Shown piece after piece: positions 29,699-63,691 of a stretch of 64,000 nucleotides of DNA. The first letter of the stretch is position 1. Every line of letters begins with the position of its first letter. The DNA comes from Chrysomallon squamiferum. Lineage: Eukaryota > Animalia > Mollusca. The notes beneath the pieces were generated by a model. That model searched no databases. It was not told the DNA's origin and saw nothing but the letters and a program-made list of their open reading frames with translations. A program made the translations under genes and the position numbers. The stretch lies in NCBI GenBank assembly GCA_012295275.1, contig CM022677.1, positions 22,134,001 through 22,198,000 on the forward strand, written 5' to 3'.

Positions 29699-29993
29699 AA
29701 AATAAATAAATAAATAAATAAATAAATATGTGAAAGAAAAATATTTGCATCTTCCGCCGCTAAAAGGTCACTTCTGGAGTGATTGTTGATTGTGTCTGCT
29801 GAATGCACGAAAAGCCGTGAATTCCCGTGGTAAGCGGGATTTTTATCTGCTCCGTGTTACAGGGCTTTGTTTAGTAGGATGATCTGACAGACGTCTACAG
29901 CGTCGAACGTTTCTTTTTAAATTAAAAAACTAAGATGTTATTTTTTTTACGGGAAAACTGTGGAACGATTCGAGAGGAACGATGTCCATATGA

Positions 29994-30044
<51 letters not shown>

Positions 30045-30649
30045 AGATAGATAGATAAAGATAAAATGATAGATAGATAGATAGAGACAGACAGACAGAC
30101 AGACAGACAGATAGATAGATAGATGGCAATCCGCATGACGAAATAAATAAATAAATAATTAATTAACAGCATTAAGTTGGATGTTTGTTTATTTCTGATC
30201 TTCTTGTCATTCACTTTTTAGGCAGTTCATAATCTCAGTCCAGTTTAACACAGTTACATCTGCTATTGGTAGCCAGTTATTGTATGTTTGTGTAAAACAC
30301 GTGTTGCTTTAGAACAGAAAACTGTGAACATTCAAACGCACAGGCAGATGAATGAAATCCTTGGCTGTTTTCCATCCTGGTGTCAGAGAGAGAGAGAGAG
30401 AGAGAGAATGTTTAGAGAGAACTGATCTGCCCATGTTTCCACTGGTTTCATGCTGTCTGGTATCTGCACCTCTTGCCTGCAATATGGGCAGGTGATTTGT
30501 TTGTCGTTGTTTTGATAATGTTTGTTAATGTAATCTTGCAGACATTTCGTACAGAACGAATGTCCGCAGAAAATACAACGTGGATTCTTGAAAACATCCA
30601 AGCAAAGGGAACAAGATATTTGATCATCGGAACCTGAAGCTGTTGCCAT
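28290..30649 (-). pseudogene. TRIM-like copy 2: RING exon truncated, coiled-coil/propeller exon intact
   Basis: The RING ORF (30649-30383) diverges after WADQF into a (CT)n tract and stop. The ...RSKF|gtgagt donor is missing and replaced by unrelated sequence (~29720-30400). Last exon 29644-28290 is fully open. Confidence 0.7.
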
Positions 30650-30658
30650 ATCTGAAAA

Positions 30659-30714
<56 letters not shown>

Positions 30715-31194
30715 TAATAATAATAAAAATAAAATTATTAAAATATTTTTAGTATATCTCCGAATGCAGTACTGTAATTAATGTACAATGTGAAAGATTT
30801 GTTTACTTTATTATTATTATTTTTTTAAATTTATTTATAAATAAATGAACTATTAGCGACAGTGACAGACAAATTTAGCTGTCTTTACATTTGCGATCGA
30901 AGACGCCAGTTCTGCTGTAAATTGTGGGGAGGTGAAGTGGAAATAAGTCAAAATCAGTAAATATATGACTCAAACTTATGAATAAATATGTAATTTAATT
31001 AATTGAAATAATAAAAAAATAGAAATAAAAATTTACAAATTTGTCATATCATGAACTGACAAAAGTAATTTGTCACATCACATATTTTGTTTACGTCGAA
31101 CAACTTAACACAGTTTAAATTCACACGTGTAGTTTAGAATGTTAGTGCGAATGTAGGAAAATAAATCTTAGCCCAGCATGGGACGGGTACAGTA

Positions 31195-31232
<38 letters not shown>

Positions 31233-31255
31233 ATAATAATAATAATAGCTACAAC

Positions 31256-31350
<95 letters not shown>

Positions 31351-31364
31351 ATTACAACTTACAC

Positions 31365-31615
31365 AAAATAAAATTAAGTTCTTACCAGGTTGGATATTTT
31401 CTAAGAAACAGATGACAACGAGGCTGTGTTACCGTGGAAACCAGTTTTCAGTTCTATGAGACAAACACACAAACGCATGATCTAATATACCCGCTTGAAG
31501 AGACCTTTGACCATCTCGTGATGGAGATAAAACTCAGGTGAGGTGTGTCAGTTTCAAACCATTGCCTTATTTAGTAAACTGATAATTACATACGTCAGTT
31601 AAAAAGATTACTAAT
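31365..31615 (-). promoter_or_regulatory. Conserved promoter / first exon of TRIM-like copy 2
   Basis: Homologous to 25335-25590; donor at 31385. Confidence 0.6.
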
Positions 31616-31761
31616 CAACAATGCATGTTTATCTTTTGCCTTTAACATGAAATAAAACAGCCAGGTCAGGTTTGTTTAAATAGCGAGTGTGGTGTTGTAT
31701 TTAGATATTTACTTATCAGAACCTTTCTTTCCTTTAGCTGCTCCTCCTCCTCCTCCTCCTC

Positions 31762-31850
<89 letters not shown>

Positions 31851-31884
31851 GCTACTACTACTACTACTACTACTGCTCCTCCTC

Positions 31885-31934
<50 letters not shown>

Positions 31935-32466
31935 GCTATTACTACGACTGCTAATAATACTGTTGTTGCTACAGCTTTACTACCACCACTAATATCAATA
32001 CCGTTAAACTATTACTGGTACTATAAATACTTTATTGTACTACATTTGATAATATTACTTCTGCTTCTATCACTAAAACTATTCAAATTATTATTTTTTT
32101 TTATTTTTTTATTTATTTATGTCTCATATTACGATGTCTGTTATAAGTAGTTTTCTAACAATACAGGGACATGTCAGTGACTGAATCAAGGTACAGAACT
32201 GATATTTCTCTCTGACAGCGTGACTGACACAGATAAAATACTTCTTAAAATAAATCTTCTTTAATCATTGCTGGTGCTCAAGATAATACTGGGTACAGAG
32301 AAAACAAATTGGTTTAATCGCTAAATAAATAATTTAAAATATTTCAAACAATTCATTTAACAACTTCAGTTTAACATATAACAGTAAGAAGAATATATTT
32401 TATTGTTTACTGATCTGCAACAATTTATTTCGGAGGGGAAACAGTTTTAAAAGGTGTCGAATACAA

Positions 32467-32519
<53 letters not shown>

Positions 32520-32872
32520 GGATGCTCCCAAAACATAATCTCTGTCAGCTGTTAATAATAATAATATATATATATATAGACATATAGATATAGATAGATA
32601 GATAGATAGATAAAATAATTAAAATGGAAATGTACGTTTCTATTTGTTAATGTTTCTATTTGTTATGTATTGTACACATTAACCGCGTTAAAGAGACAAA
32701 CGGACATGCAGCGTAAGAAACAAGTTTGACTGAAATGATGTCAGGCGAATTTTACTTTTATCACATATAAATATTTTATTGCATTTCTGTTTTATGGATT
32801 ACACTGGAGTGTGTACAAGAACATGCACAATGACTTCACATCATCTGAAGAAGTCTGTTTACAGAATAATAT

Positions 32873-32968
<96 letters not shown>

Positions 32969-33134
32969 AAATGAACAAACTGGGTGAACATTTTAAAAGT
33001 CAGTCAGATTTTGTTTTTCTTTAAAGTGTAATTATTTAAATTTAAAGGAAACATTAATTTTAGATTTTTTAAAAAGTGAATAAGTTAAAGAATATTTAGA
33101 TTAACTAATTTAATAAATAAATAAATAAATACAT

Positions 33135-34467
33135 TTTACACCAAGTAAATATTTTTTATTTCACCGTTTAAGTTTCCCATGTACATTGTGTTACCATGAC
33201 AACAGACAGACCAAGGTTTGCTCAGACCATGCTGGTCAGTGATGACGTCATCTAGAACTTTTCCGTTTCGGGACAACTGAACAATACAATTTCTACTAAA
33301 ATCACAGACAAAAATATTCCCCTCTCTGTCACACCTTCCAAGTTTATCAGTCTGGCTGAATCACGTGATTCCCATTTGACGTCACCTGATGATGTCACAC
33401 AAAATAAACTGTTTACATTTACTCTCAGTGACACAACAATCAGACATTGACCCTGAACTGTGATACGCGACGGTCTGGGGATCAAATCTGCTGAGATGGA
33501 ATTAGTATGTCCAAGTACTGACCAGTAGCTAAATCAGTGATCGCGAGACGGTTGCCGGGTAACACAGCGATAAACTAACACACTCCATTACTTTCAACTG
33601 TTTTGATCAGTTTGATGTTTTCCACAATTGAAAAAGAATATTTTATTTTCAACTGGCAGAAGAGCATCAACAATAACATCAGCTTTCTGATCACGTGATC
33701 AGCATGGGTGGAGAGAAAGTTACGTGTTTGTTCTTTACTGGTTTTCTTTTTGAAGACAAACGTTTACACGTCTGTTGCTCCAATCGCTAACAGCCAAGGA
33801 TTGACTTCATCTTCTTGCGGTTTCGTGTTAATGGTGTGTGTGTGTTTTAGTGTGTCTGTGAGTCTGTGTGTCTGTGTGTCTGTGTGCTGTGTTTTCGTAT
33901 GAATGGTGTCTGTAAGTCTGTCTGTCTGTGTGTCTGGTGGGATGTTTGTGGAAATTTCGCCAATGTGGACGGACATTTCTTTCTTTCTATCCGATTTTCT
34001 CAAAATTATTTTAATTTCCGATTTCTGAATTTGTGAAAAAGATTCGGCCAGAAACGCGGAAATTGTGTTCAGATGTTTGTTGAATTTTGGAATACTAACT
34101 TTAATATCAGACTCTGATTGACTTTGTAAGATATCTTCACCAATTTTGATCATTTTGTCGTTTTCCTCAATCAGACATTTATGTTCAGTAAACTGTTTTT
34201 CAATTTCTGAGTTTACAAAGTTCTGACATTTTTCTATTTCTCTTATTAACCTGACTTGTTCTTTTTTGACAGCGTCTGTAAAATCTGAGATTAGTGTGTT
34301 ACTAATCCTTCTGACCTCTTCTGTAGTGTCCACGACGTTGATGTCGACGTCTTGCCGAAGTTTCTCAATCTTATCATCCATGTCTGACTTAAGTATTTCT
34401 TTAAAGTTTTTCAGACTGTCACAAACAGAACTCAGAAATGAAATGTGACCTGCCTTTCCAGCTGAAA

Positions 34468-34519
<52 letters not shown>

Positions 34520-35030
34520 AATAAAGGAAAGTAGAACTACTATTACTATTATTAATAATATAAACATTAGGTACAATGTGAAATTATAGAATTTATTTTA
34601 TCAACTAATTTGAAAACTGTGTGAGAAAAACATTTAAAGATAAAATTTTCCGTTTCTTTATGAGCCTACTACGATGGTTAATACACGACATAAACATTAT
34701 TAGTTAAATAATCACTGTATCTAAAAACAACACTTCTCACTCACTAAACAATGGACGTTGCCTGTCATCAATAGAATCCACTAAAGCAATGTTTACAGGA
34801 AACTGATCTGCCCATACTTCCACTGGTTTCGTGCTGTCTGGTATCTGCACATCTTCACTGCATAATGGGCACGTGATTTGTCTGTCGTTGTTTTGGTGAT
34901 TTTTATTAATATAATCCTGCAGGCATTTCGAACAGAAGGAATGTCCACACAAAAGACAACGTGGATTCTTGAAAACATCCAGACAAAGACAACAAGATAT
35001 TTGGTCATCAGAAGTTGAAGCTGTTGCCAT
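33135..35030 (-). pseudogene. TRIM-like copy 3: RING + coiled coil intact (~327 aa), beta-propeller decayed
   Basis: RING exon 35030-34745 splices to 34461 and the ORF stops at 33764. Downstream propeller remnants (PRPSRITVQGQCLIVVS...WESRDS) carry several deletions and frameshifts relative to copies 1, 2 and 4. Confidence 0.8.
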
Positions 35031-35034
35031 ATCT

Positions 35035-35078
<44 letters not shown>

Positions 35079-35197
35079 CATAAACATAATCATAATCATA
35101 ATCATAATCATAATCATAATCATAATCATTATAATAATAATAATAATAAGAAGAAGAAGATAAAAACTAAAGCAGGAAAATATAATGATTAATTCTC

Positions 35198-35291
<94 letters not shown>

Positions 35292-35294
35292 TTT

Positions 35295-35545
35295 ACAAAA
35301 TAAAATGGGGTTCTTACCAGGTTTTATATTTTCTAACAAAGAGATGACAATCAGGCTGTGTTGTTGTGGAAACCAGTTTTCAGTTGTATGAGAGATAACT
35401 ACGTGATCTAATATACCCGCTTGAAGAGAACTTTGACCATCTTGTGATGGAGATAAAACTCAGGTGAGGTATGTCAGTTTCAAACCATTGCCTTATTTAG
35501 TAAACTGATAATTATATACGTCAGTTAAAAAGATGAGTAATTAGA
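35295..35545 (-). promoter_or_regulatory. Conserved promoter / first exon of TRIM-like copy 3
   Basis: Homologous to 25335-25590; donor at 35317. Confidence 0.6.
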
Positions 35546-36292
35546 GTTCAAATATGTTTAAAATAGCGGTGTGGTGTGTTTTATATATATTGACTTATCA
35601 GAACCACGTTTACTTATAGCTACTACTACTACTGCAACTTCTAATAGTACATTTACTACAACTGCTAATAGTACTGTTGCTGCTACAACTTTACTACCAC
35701 TACTAATATGAACACCATTACACTATTACTGCTACTATCACTACTTTAACTAATGTTATTACATTAGATAATACTACTGCTTCTATCACTAGAACTACTG
35801 TACGGCATGCTACTATTACTCTTGCAGCCACTATTATTACTATTATTACTACTACTGATATTACTGTTACCACTGAGGCTAAAACTGCAGGTGTTAATAC
35901 TACTCATATTTCTACATCTTTACTACTCCGACAATTATTATTAAATGTTAACAATGTCATTTGTTTAATTTATTTATATTTAATTATGTATGTTCAACTC
36001 GTTTATAATTAATTTATTATTAAAACACGTGAAGGTGATAACATGACCTACTAATCTGTTTTGTCAAGAGTAAAGTTTACTTGGCTGTTTTAAATTTATT
36101 ATCTACAGATAAACTCAGTACAAGCCAACGTCCTACACACACAGAAAAACTTTGAATTATCAATAAATAAATAAAATAAATAAATAAATAAATAAATAAA
36201 TAAAATAGACCACACAGGATTGCATGAGAATGTTTTGAATTTTTTCTCAGCAGATTTAATCTCAAATTATTTATTTATTTATTTATTTATTA

Positions 36293-36340
<48 letters not shown>

Positions 36341-37540
36341 TTTAATGTAGCAAACAAACAAACTCACACCCATACACATACATATTGAAAAACACATACA
36401 TACGCACATATACATACAAAACACACACGTGCACATGCATTCATACACACAGAAATACACACATACACACTCAGATACAGACTCATGACACATTGATACA
36501 CACAAAGAAACGCATACAAACAGCCGTGATATATTCTCCCCTCACAGAATTTTAAGTTATTACACTATAGAGAATAATCATGAAAATAGTGAAATATTAT
36601 TGGGATTTATGTTTTTCTCTCTTTCTTTCTTTCTTTCTCTATTTTACGTGTTTTTTATTTTTATTATTATTTGTTTTAACGTAAGATTTCCCGTCTCTCT
36701 GGCTTATACTACATAAAAAAAAAATTAGAATGTCTAATTTTTAAAATAAATCTTCTTTAATCTTTCTTGATATTCAAGACAATAAGGTGTACAGAGGAGA
36801 AACTTGGTTTAATCGTTTAATGTATTTTAAAATATTTGAAACAAAATTAAAATACTACTACTACTACTACTACTACTACTAGTAATAATAATAATAATAA
36901 TAATCATAATAATAATAATAACAATAAAAAGAAGAAGAAGATGAAGAAAATACGCAGAAAAATACTACTACTACTGCTACTACCACAACTACTATTACTA
37001 ATGCTACTTTAGTACAGCTGTTGACAATACCACTGCTGCTACAGCTACTACTGCATGGTTTAATCACTTAATGTAATTTAAAATATTTGAAATAAAATTG
37101 AAATACTAATACTATAATAATACTAATGAGAAGAAGAAGAAGAAGAAGAAGAAGAAAAAGAAAAAGAAAGGAAAAAGAAAGAAAAAAATCTTATCAGCGT
37201 TTAATAAAACACTAACTAAAAAAAATAAATGAATAAATAATATAAAATAAATAAATGAATAAATGAATGAATAAATAAACATGCAAAAAATATAAAATGG
37301 AAATGTATGTTTTTTGGTCTGTTAATAATATATTATTAAGTATAATACACTTTAATTACGTTTTATAGAGAAATAAACATAGAATTTGGGAAACATTTAA
37401 ATGAAATAATGACAGAAGCATTTTATTTTTTTCATAATATAAATATTTTATTGCAGTTTGTTTTATATATTGCACTGGTTTATGGAGACATATATAAACA
37501 ATTTATCACATTCTTTGAAACAGACTGTTTACAACATAAT

Positions 37541-37608
<68 letters not shown>

Positions 37609-37878
37609 AGGTGAAAAAGTCAAAAGTAAATCAGATCTTGTTTCTCTATAATGTAAATGTAAACGATATAGTAATTTAGATTTTGACAAAGTAAATTAAT
37701 TAAAGAATATTTAATTAACTAATTTTTTAAATATATTACCAATAAATAAGTAAACAAACAAACAAATAAATAAATAACATAAATCAATTTCTGTTCATAC
37801 ATCGGTTCGTGTAACGAGAGAAATGTCCACTTTTAATTCCATAACAGTTAAGGTGAAACAAAGCAGACAGTTTGAAGT

Positions 37879-39832
37879 TTACTTTTTGCACCAAGTAAGT
37901 ACTTTTACTTTTCCGTTGTCCTGTCCCACATACAGTTTGTAACCATGACAACACACAGACAAAGGTTTGGACAGTCCATCCTGGTCAGTGAGAATGTCAC
38001 GTAGAACTTTCCATCTCGTGACAACAGAACAACACAATTTCTGTCACACTCGCAAACAAAAATATTTCCCTCCCTGTCACATGTAACACCTGTCAAGTCT
38101 CTTAGTCTGTCTGAATCACGTGACTCCCATTTGACGTCACCTGATGGCGTCAGACAAAATAAACGTTTTACATTTTTTCTCTTTGACACAACAATCAGAC
38201 TTTGATCCTGAACTGTGAGAAACGACGGACTGGGAATCACGTCTGCTGAGATAGAATTAATGAGCTGACCATCGTCTGTCAGTATGTCCAAGTACTGGTC
38301 AGTATATGAGCAGTCAAACCCAGTGACCGCGAGACGGTTGCCGGGCAACACAGCGACACACCAATACCGTTTCTTAGTTTTGAGTGTTTTGAATTGTTTG
38401 AAATTTTCCAAATCTAAAAACAAAATTTTATTTTCGTCTGGCAGAAGAACAACGACATCAACAACACCGTCCTCATCACGTGACTCAGCGAGACCGCATG
38501 GTCGAGAGGAAGGAACATATTTTTTTATTAGTGATTTTCTTTTTAAACAGAAACATTTTACGCATCTGTTGGTCCAGTCACTGACAACAGTTTTACTGTT
38601 GTCCTCACCTGACACCAACATAGAAAACAGCCAAGGGTTTTCTTTATCGTCTTGTGTTTTCGTGTTAATGGTGTCTGTGTGTTTGAGTGCGTCAGGCAGT
38701 CTGTATAGCTGAGTGTGTGTTTGGATGTTTGTGGAAATTTCTCCAATGTGGATTGACATTGCTTTCTTTTCCTCGGATTTTCTCAGAATTATTTTAAATT
38801 CTGATTTCTGAATTTGTGAAAGAGAACTGGCCAGAAATTCGGAAGTTGTTTTTTGAAGTTTGTTGAATTTTGGAATACTACTTTTAATATCAGGCTCTGA
38901 TTTACGTTGTAGAAGATCTTCACCGAGTTTGATGATTTTCTCGTTTTCCTCAATGAGATGTTTATGTTCAGTAAACAGTTTCTCAATTTCTGAGTTTAAA
39001 ACGTTTTCAGATTTTTCTATTTCTTTTATTAGCCTATCTTGTTCTTTGTGGACAGCGTCAGCAAAATCTGTGATTAATCTGTTACTAATCCTTCTGACCT
39101 CTTCTGTAGTCTCAACGACGTCTACATTGACGTCTTGCCGAAGTTGCAAAATCTTATCATCCATCTCTGACTGAAGAATTTCTTTAAAGGTTTTCAGATT
39201 ATCACAAACAGATCTCAGAAATGAAATGTGACCTCCCTTTCCAGCTGAAATAAATAAATAATAAAAAAAATATATATAAAGAAGTAAATAATTATAACAT
39301 TTACTAACCATTCCTACTACTACTACTACTAATTATAATAATAATAATGAGAATGGCAGAACTAGTATTACTGCCATTAATAATATATACATACGATGTG
39401 AAGATTTATTTTATCAAATGAATTTTAAAATCTAAGTGGAAAATCTTTATAAACACAATTTCTTCTATTTCTTTGTGAGTCTGTTACGATGTTTAATATT
39501 ATTAGTTAAATAATCACTGTATCTAAACACAAATCTGCTGACTCACAAATCTTTGAACGTTGTCTCTCTTTAATAGAATCCACTAAAGCAATGTTTACAG
39601 GAAACTGAGCTGCCCATGTTTCCACTGGTTTCGAGCTGTCTGGTATCTGCACTTCTTGCATGCAATACGGGCACGTGATTTGTTTGTCGTTGTTTTGGTG
39701 ATTTTTGTTAATATAATCCTGCAGGCATTTCGAACAGAAGGAATGCCCGCAGAAAAGACAACGTGGATTCTTGAAAACATCCAGACAAAGACAACAAGAT
39801 ATTTGGTCCTCGAAATTTGAAGCTGTTGCCAT
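37879..39832 (-). CDS. TRIM-like E3 ligase copy 4 (RING + coiled coil + beta-propeller), ~550 aa if one homopolymer indel is corrected
   Basis: RING exon 39832-39547 plus exon 39244-37879. One A is missing at 38008-38010 (GGAAAG for GGAAAAG); restoring it gives GKVLRDILTDQDGLSKPLSVCCHGYKLYVGQDNGKVKVLTWCKK*, collinear with copies 1 and 2. Confidence 0.8.
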
Positions 39833-40456
39833 ATCTGTGAAAATAATACTAATACTAATACTACCACTAATAATAATAATAATAATAATAACAAGAACAA
39901 TAATAATAATAATAATAAAATCATTAACAATAATAAAATTATTAAATAAATAAACAAGTCAATCATTGAATGCAGTACTGCAATTAATGTTCTATGTAAA
40001 CAATTTATTTATTTATTTAGAAATAAATGAACTATTGGCGTCAATAACTAACATCCTAAATTTAGCTTTGTGACGTCACAATTTGTATTTGCCATAGAAG
40101 ACAGTTCTACTGTAAATTGTCGGGACATGAAATTGAAATAATAATAAAAAAGAAAAGAAAAAAGAAAAAGAGGAGAGTCAGTTACAATAACTATATGAAG
40201 AAATGTTTAAAATAAATAAATAAATTTAAAAATTTATCATTTCATGAGTGCAGAAACTATTCCTGCCAAGCTAAGTAACATAGGAGTTTTGTAATCTTTA
40301 ATCAACACCGAAATGCCTGAAATAAAAGAATTTACCTGGAATTCAACGCATTTTAAATTCACACTTTTCTAGATTCCGTACAAGAATAAGAAGAAGAAGA
40401 AGAAAACTAAAGATGGAAAATATCTCATCATCATGAAATCACAAAATTTGAGATAT

Positions 40457-40565
<109 letters not shown>

Positions 40566-40579
40566 TAATTACAACTTAC

Positions 40580-40830
40580 ACGAAATAAAATTAAGTTCTT
40601 ACCAGGTTAGATATTTTCTAACAAAGAGATGACAATCAGGCTGTGTTACTGTGGAAACCAGGTTTCATTTCTATGAGACAAACAACAAATACGTGATCTA
40701 ATATACCCGTTTGAAGAGAACTTTGACCATCTCGTGATGGAGATAAAACTGAGGTGAGGTGTACCAGTTTTAAACCATGGCCTTATTTAGTAAACTGATA
40801 ATTACATACGCCAGTTAAAAAGATTACTAA
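40580..40830 (-). promoter_or_regulatory. Conserved promoter / first exon of TRIM-like copy 4
   Basis: Homologous to 31365-31615; donor at 40602. Confidence 0.6.
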
Positions 40831-40955
40831 TCAACAATGCATGTTTATCTTTTCTCTTTAACACGAAATCAAACATCCAGGTCCGGGTTTGTTTAAATAG
40901 CGGGTGGGATGTGGTATTTATATATTTACATACAGAACCACTGTTACCTGTAGTT

Positions 40956-41001
<46 letters not shown>

Positions 41002-41285
41002 GCTATTACTACAACTGCTAATACTACTATTGCTACTATAGCTTTACTTCCACTACTAATATCAACAACATTAAACTGTTACTAGTACTATAACTACTTT
41101 AATTTCTGTTTGTTACAAAATTTGATGATACTACAATCAGCAGCAATGTCAGTACTTCTACTATTAGTCCTGCTATTACAGGTACTAGTATTACTATTAA
41201 TACTACAACTAACATTACTGTTACTAGTGCAATTGTTAATACTACTCATACTTGTACATATTTACTACTACTACTTGTACATATT

Positions 41286-41362
<77 letters not shown>

Positions 41363-41932
41363 TTATAACAACTGATGTTAGTGTTAATGCCACTAATGCT
41401 GTTTGTAAACTGAAATTTCTTGTTGATACATTTTTTCTTATTTTAATATTAATAATCTGATTTCTTTAATCTATTTATATTTAACTGTGTATGTTCAGCT
41501 CGTGTATAATTAATTCATTACTGAAACACGTGTTAGTTATAACGTGACTTACTAATCTGTTTTGTCAAGAGTAAAGTTTACTTGGCTGTCTTATATTTAT
41601 AACTTAGAGATAAACTCAGTACAAGCCAACGACCTACACACACAGTGCACACATATAATGTTAAGTTATAAAACTATAGAGAATAATTATGAAAGTAGCT
41701 GAATAGAACTGGAATTTTTCCTTTTCTTTCCGTCGTTCTCTCTTTCACTGGATCTATTTTACTTTTTTGTTCTTTCTTGTTGTTTAAAAGATAATTTTCT
41801 TTTCTCTATTCTCTATGGCTTATACTACATAAAAAAAGAATAAGAATGTCTATTATTAAAATGTCTCTGTTATAACTAATTTTCTAACAACACTGCGCCG
41901 TCTAAATTACTTAATCAGCGGACAGAGCTGAT

Positions 41933-42068
<136 letters not shown>

Positions 42069-42535
42069 TATTTTTCCTTCAGTGTGCTCATTGATAAAGC
42101 ACGTTTTATATGTTTCTTAGTATTGTTGTATTTAACAATTAAATCTCAGCTTATCACGAAGATATTAATCTGAATATGCCCGAATACCTGTTTACACACT
42201 AATCTAGCATTTGTATCATTGTCCAGTATCACGTGAAATGCACGTATCTCTGGCTTATGTTGCCATAAAACATCAAACGTAAAACCCAAAACAAAAATGC
42301 TAAAATGTCATGAATAGAATTGTTTTCTGTTTTCATGCGATAAGCAAACTGATGATATAAATATCAGTTTCCTTCTTGGTTCAGTCATCTGTCCTTAATT
42401 CCACCTACCTCCAATTCCCAGACTACCTGCAACACTAGACCCACTCCTCCGATCATTATAACACAGTGACTGCATACATTAAATCTTTAATTACTTGTAT
42501 ATCAACAGCAGCTTTAAAACATGACCAGATTTCAA

Positions 42536-42595
<60 letters not shown>

Positions 42596-43285
42596 CGATA
42601 AAATAAATAAGTAATATAAATAAATAAATAAATAAATTCTTATATTTGTATATTAGAAGACACGTTCTAAGATGACGTAATGTTCAAATTAATGACGCAA
42701 TCGACGGAGATTACTCAGCGTCTGCTCCTAAAAAGATATTTATAATATATGCAATTTTAATTTATTTTTTTACTTTTAGGTAAAGCTGCCACCAAAATTA
42801 AAATGGAAACACGTAAAAGCAGAAATTGAAAAAAATACAGTGACTTTTATTAGGTTTGCTTTTCATAATTTCTTTTCTCATCGTAATAGTCCACACAAAC
42901 TAGCAAGTTCAGTGAGTATTTTATTTGTACGGTGAATTTTAATAAAACAATAATAATAAATATAATAAAAATGTATAGTAGTAGTAGTAGTAGTAGTGGT
43001 TGTAATAATAGTAGTAGTAGTTGTTGTTATAGTAGTAGAAGCAGTGAAAATAATTATAAATAAATAAATAAATAAATAAATAAATGAATAAGTAAATAAA
43101 TAATAAAAACACGACACTAAACAGCAGTTTTATAAATTTGCGCCTATGGCAAGCACTGAATTATGCCCCTTTGAAACATTTCACATCCATATTTTACATA
43201 ACATTACCATAATATAAAACTAGTAGAACTGTTAGATAATATTTTAATATATTTTATTTTTCAGATTATCTAATGAAGTTAAAAT

Positions 43286-62181
<18,896 letters not shown>

Positions 62182-62651
62182 ACCAGTGACGTTTCACAGT
62201 AATAGAATAGAAACACTTAACAATCAGACATTTGTTTTATTTGTGGTTAATTTCAACTAGAGATTAATACATATCATTATGAATTTGTCTAGTTTTTGTG
62301 TTTATGTTTCTGTTTTTGTGATAACTTTTATGATAATACTGAAGTATAAACTTTCATTTATGTTACTAAGTCATACTACTTGTTTGATAATTAAATTTCA
62401 GTTCTTGTTAAAACTTTAAAACTATAAATATCTCTTAGTTATAAAGTTGGTTTTTAGTATTAAAGTATTAAAAATTCAACTTTTCGTCATTTCACTCTCA
62501 GGAAAAAATAAGAAGAAGAAAAAAAGTAACTGTCCAACTTATTTACGAAAGGCATTCAGTATAAAACTTTCATTCTTTTTTGATTCATTGATTGATTGAA
62601 AAAACTATTTCTTACATCCACAACCTTAGAACCTTACACAGATGTCTGATC

Positions 62652-62731
<80 letters not shown>

Positions 62732-62953
62732 GATGAGAAAATTAGAACTAATACTACATTTATTTATAAAATAAAAATACAGGTAAAATGTAAACATATT
62801 TTTGTATCAACTAATTGAAAGATCTGAGTAGAAAAACTTTACAGATGTAATTTGTTCTATTTCCTTATGATTTGCCATAATGGTTAATACACGATATCAA
62901 CGTTATTAATATTTAAATAATCACTGTATCTAAGCACAGTAGGTGTGACTCAC

Positions 62954-63216
62954 AAATCTTTGAACGTTTGCAAACTGCCTCATCTAAGAAACAAAATTAA
63001 AAGGGAACTGATTTCGTGCTGTCTGGCATTTGCACATCTTAGCTTGCAGAAAGGGCAGTTGATTTGTTTGTCGTTGTTTTGGTGATTTTTATTGATATAA
63101 TCCTGCAAACATTTCGTACAGAACGAATGACCGCAAAAAAGACAAAGTGGATTCTTGAATATATCCAAACAAAGACAACAAGATATTTGGTCATCGGAAC
63201 TTGAAGCTGTTGCCAT
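62954..63216 (-). pseudogene. TRIM-like copy 5: orphan, frameshifted RING exon
   Basis: MATASSSDDQISCCLCLDIFKNP...CPFC, then a frameshift and deletion. The donor ...aagattt|gtgagt is retained and the intron is homologous to ~62700, but no coiled-coil/propeller exon follows. Confidence 0.8.
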
Positions 63217-63228
63217 ATCTGTGATGAT

Positions 63229-63288
<60 letters not shown>

Positions 63289-63649
63289 CAGAAGAAGAAG
63301 AAGAAGAAGAAGAAGAAGAAGAATAATAAGAAGAAAATAATAATAAAGAGTAATAAAAATAAAATCATTACGTCAGTAAATTAATGAACCTCTCAATGCA
63401 GTCCTGTATTAGTGTACATGTAAATGATTAATTCATTTATACATTTATTTCTGTATTTGTTTATTTATTTGATTGTTTGTTTATTTACATATTTAGTTTT
63501 ATTTCAGTTGGAAGACGACAGTTCTACTGTAAATTGTAGGAAGTGAAGGTTTTTAAAGATTTTTATAAGAACATAACTTAAACAGGGCTTTATTTTAAAA
63601 TATCTTAAACAACAACAACAACAACGACAATAACAACAACAATAACAAC

Positions 63650-63691
<42 letters not shown>

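Noticed and set aside
29720-30400. Foreign sequence replacing the TRIM copy 2 donor, as a named transposon
   Set aside because: No terminal inverted repeats, target-site duplication or coding remnant visible; treated only as an unexplained replacement.
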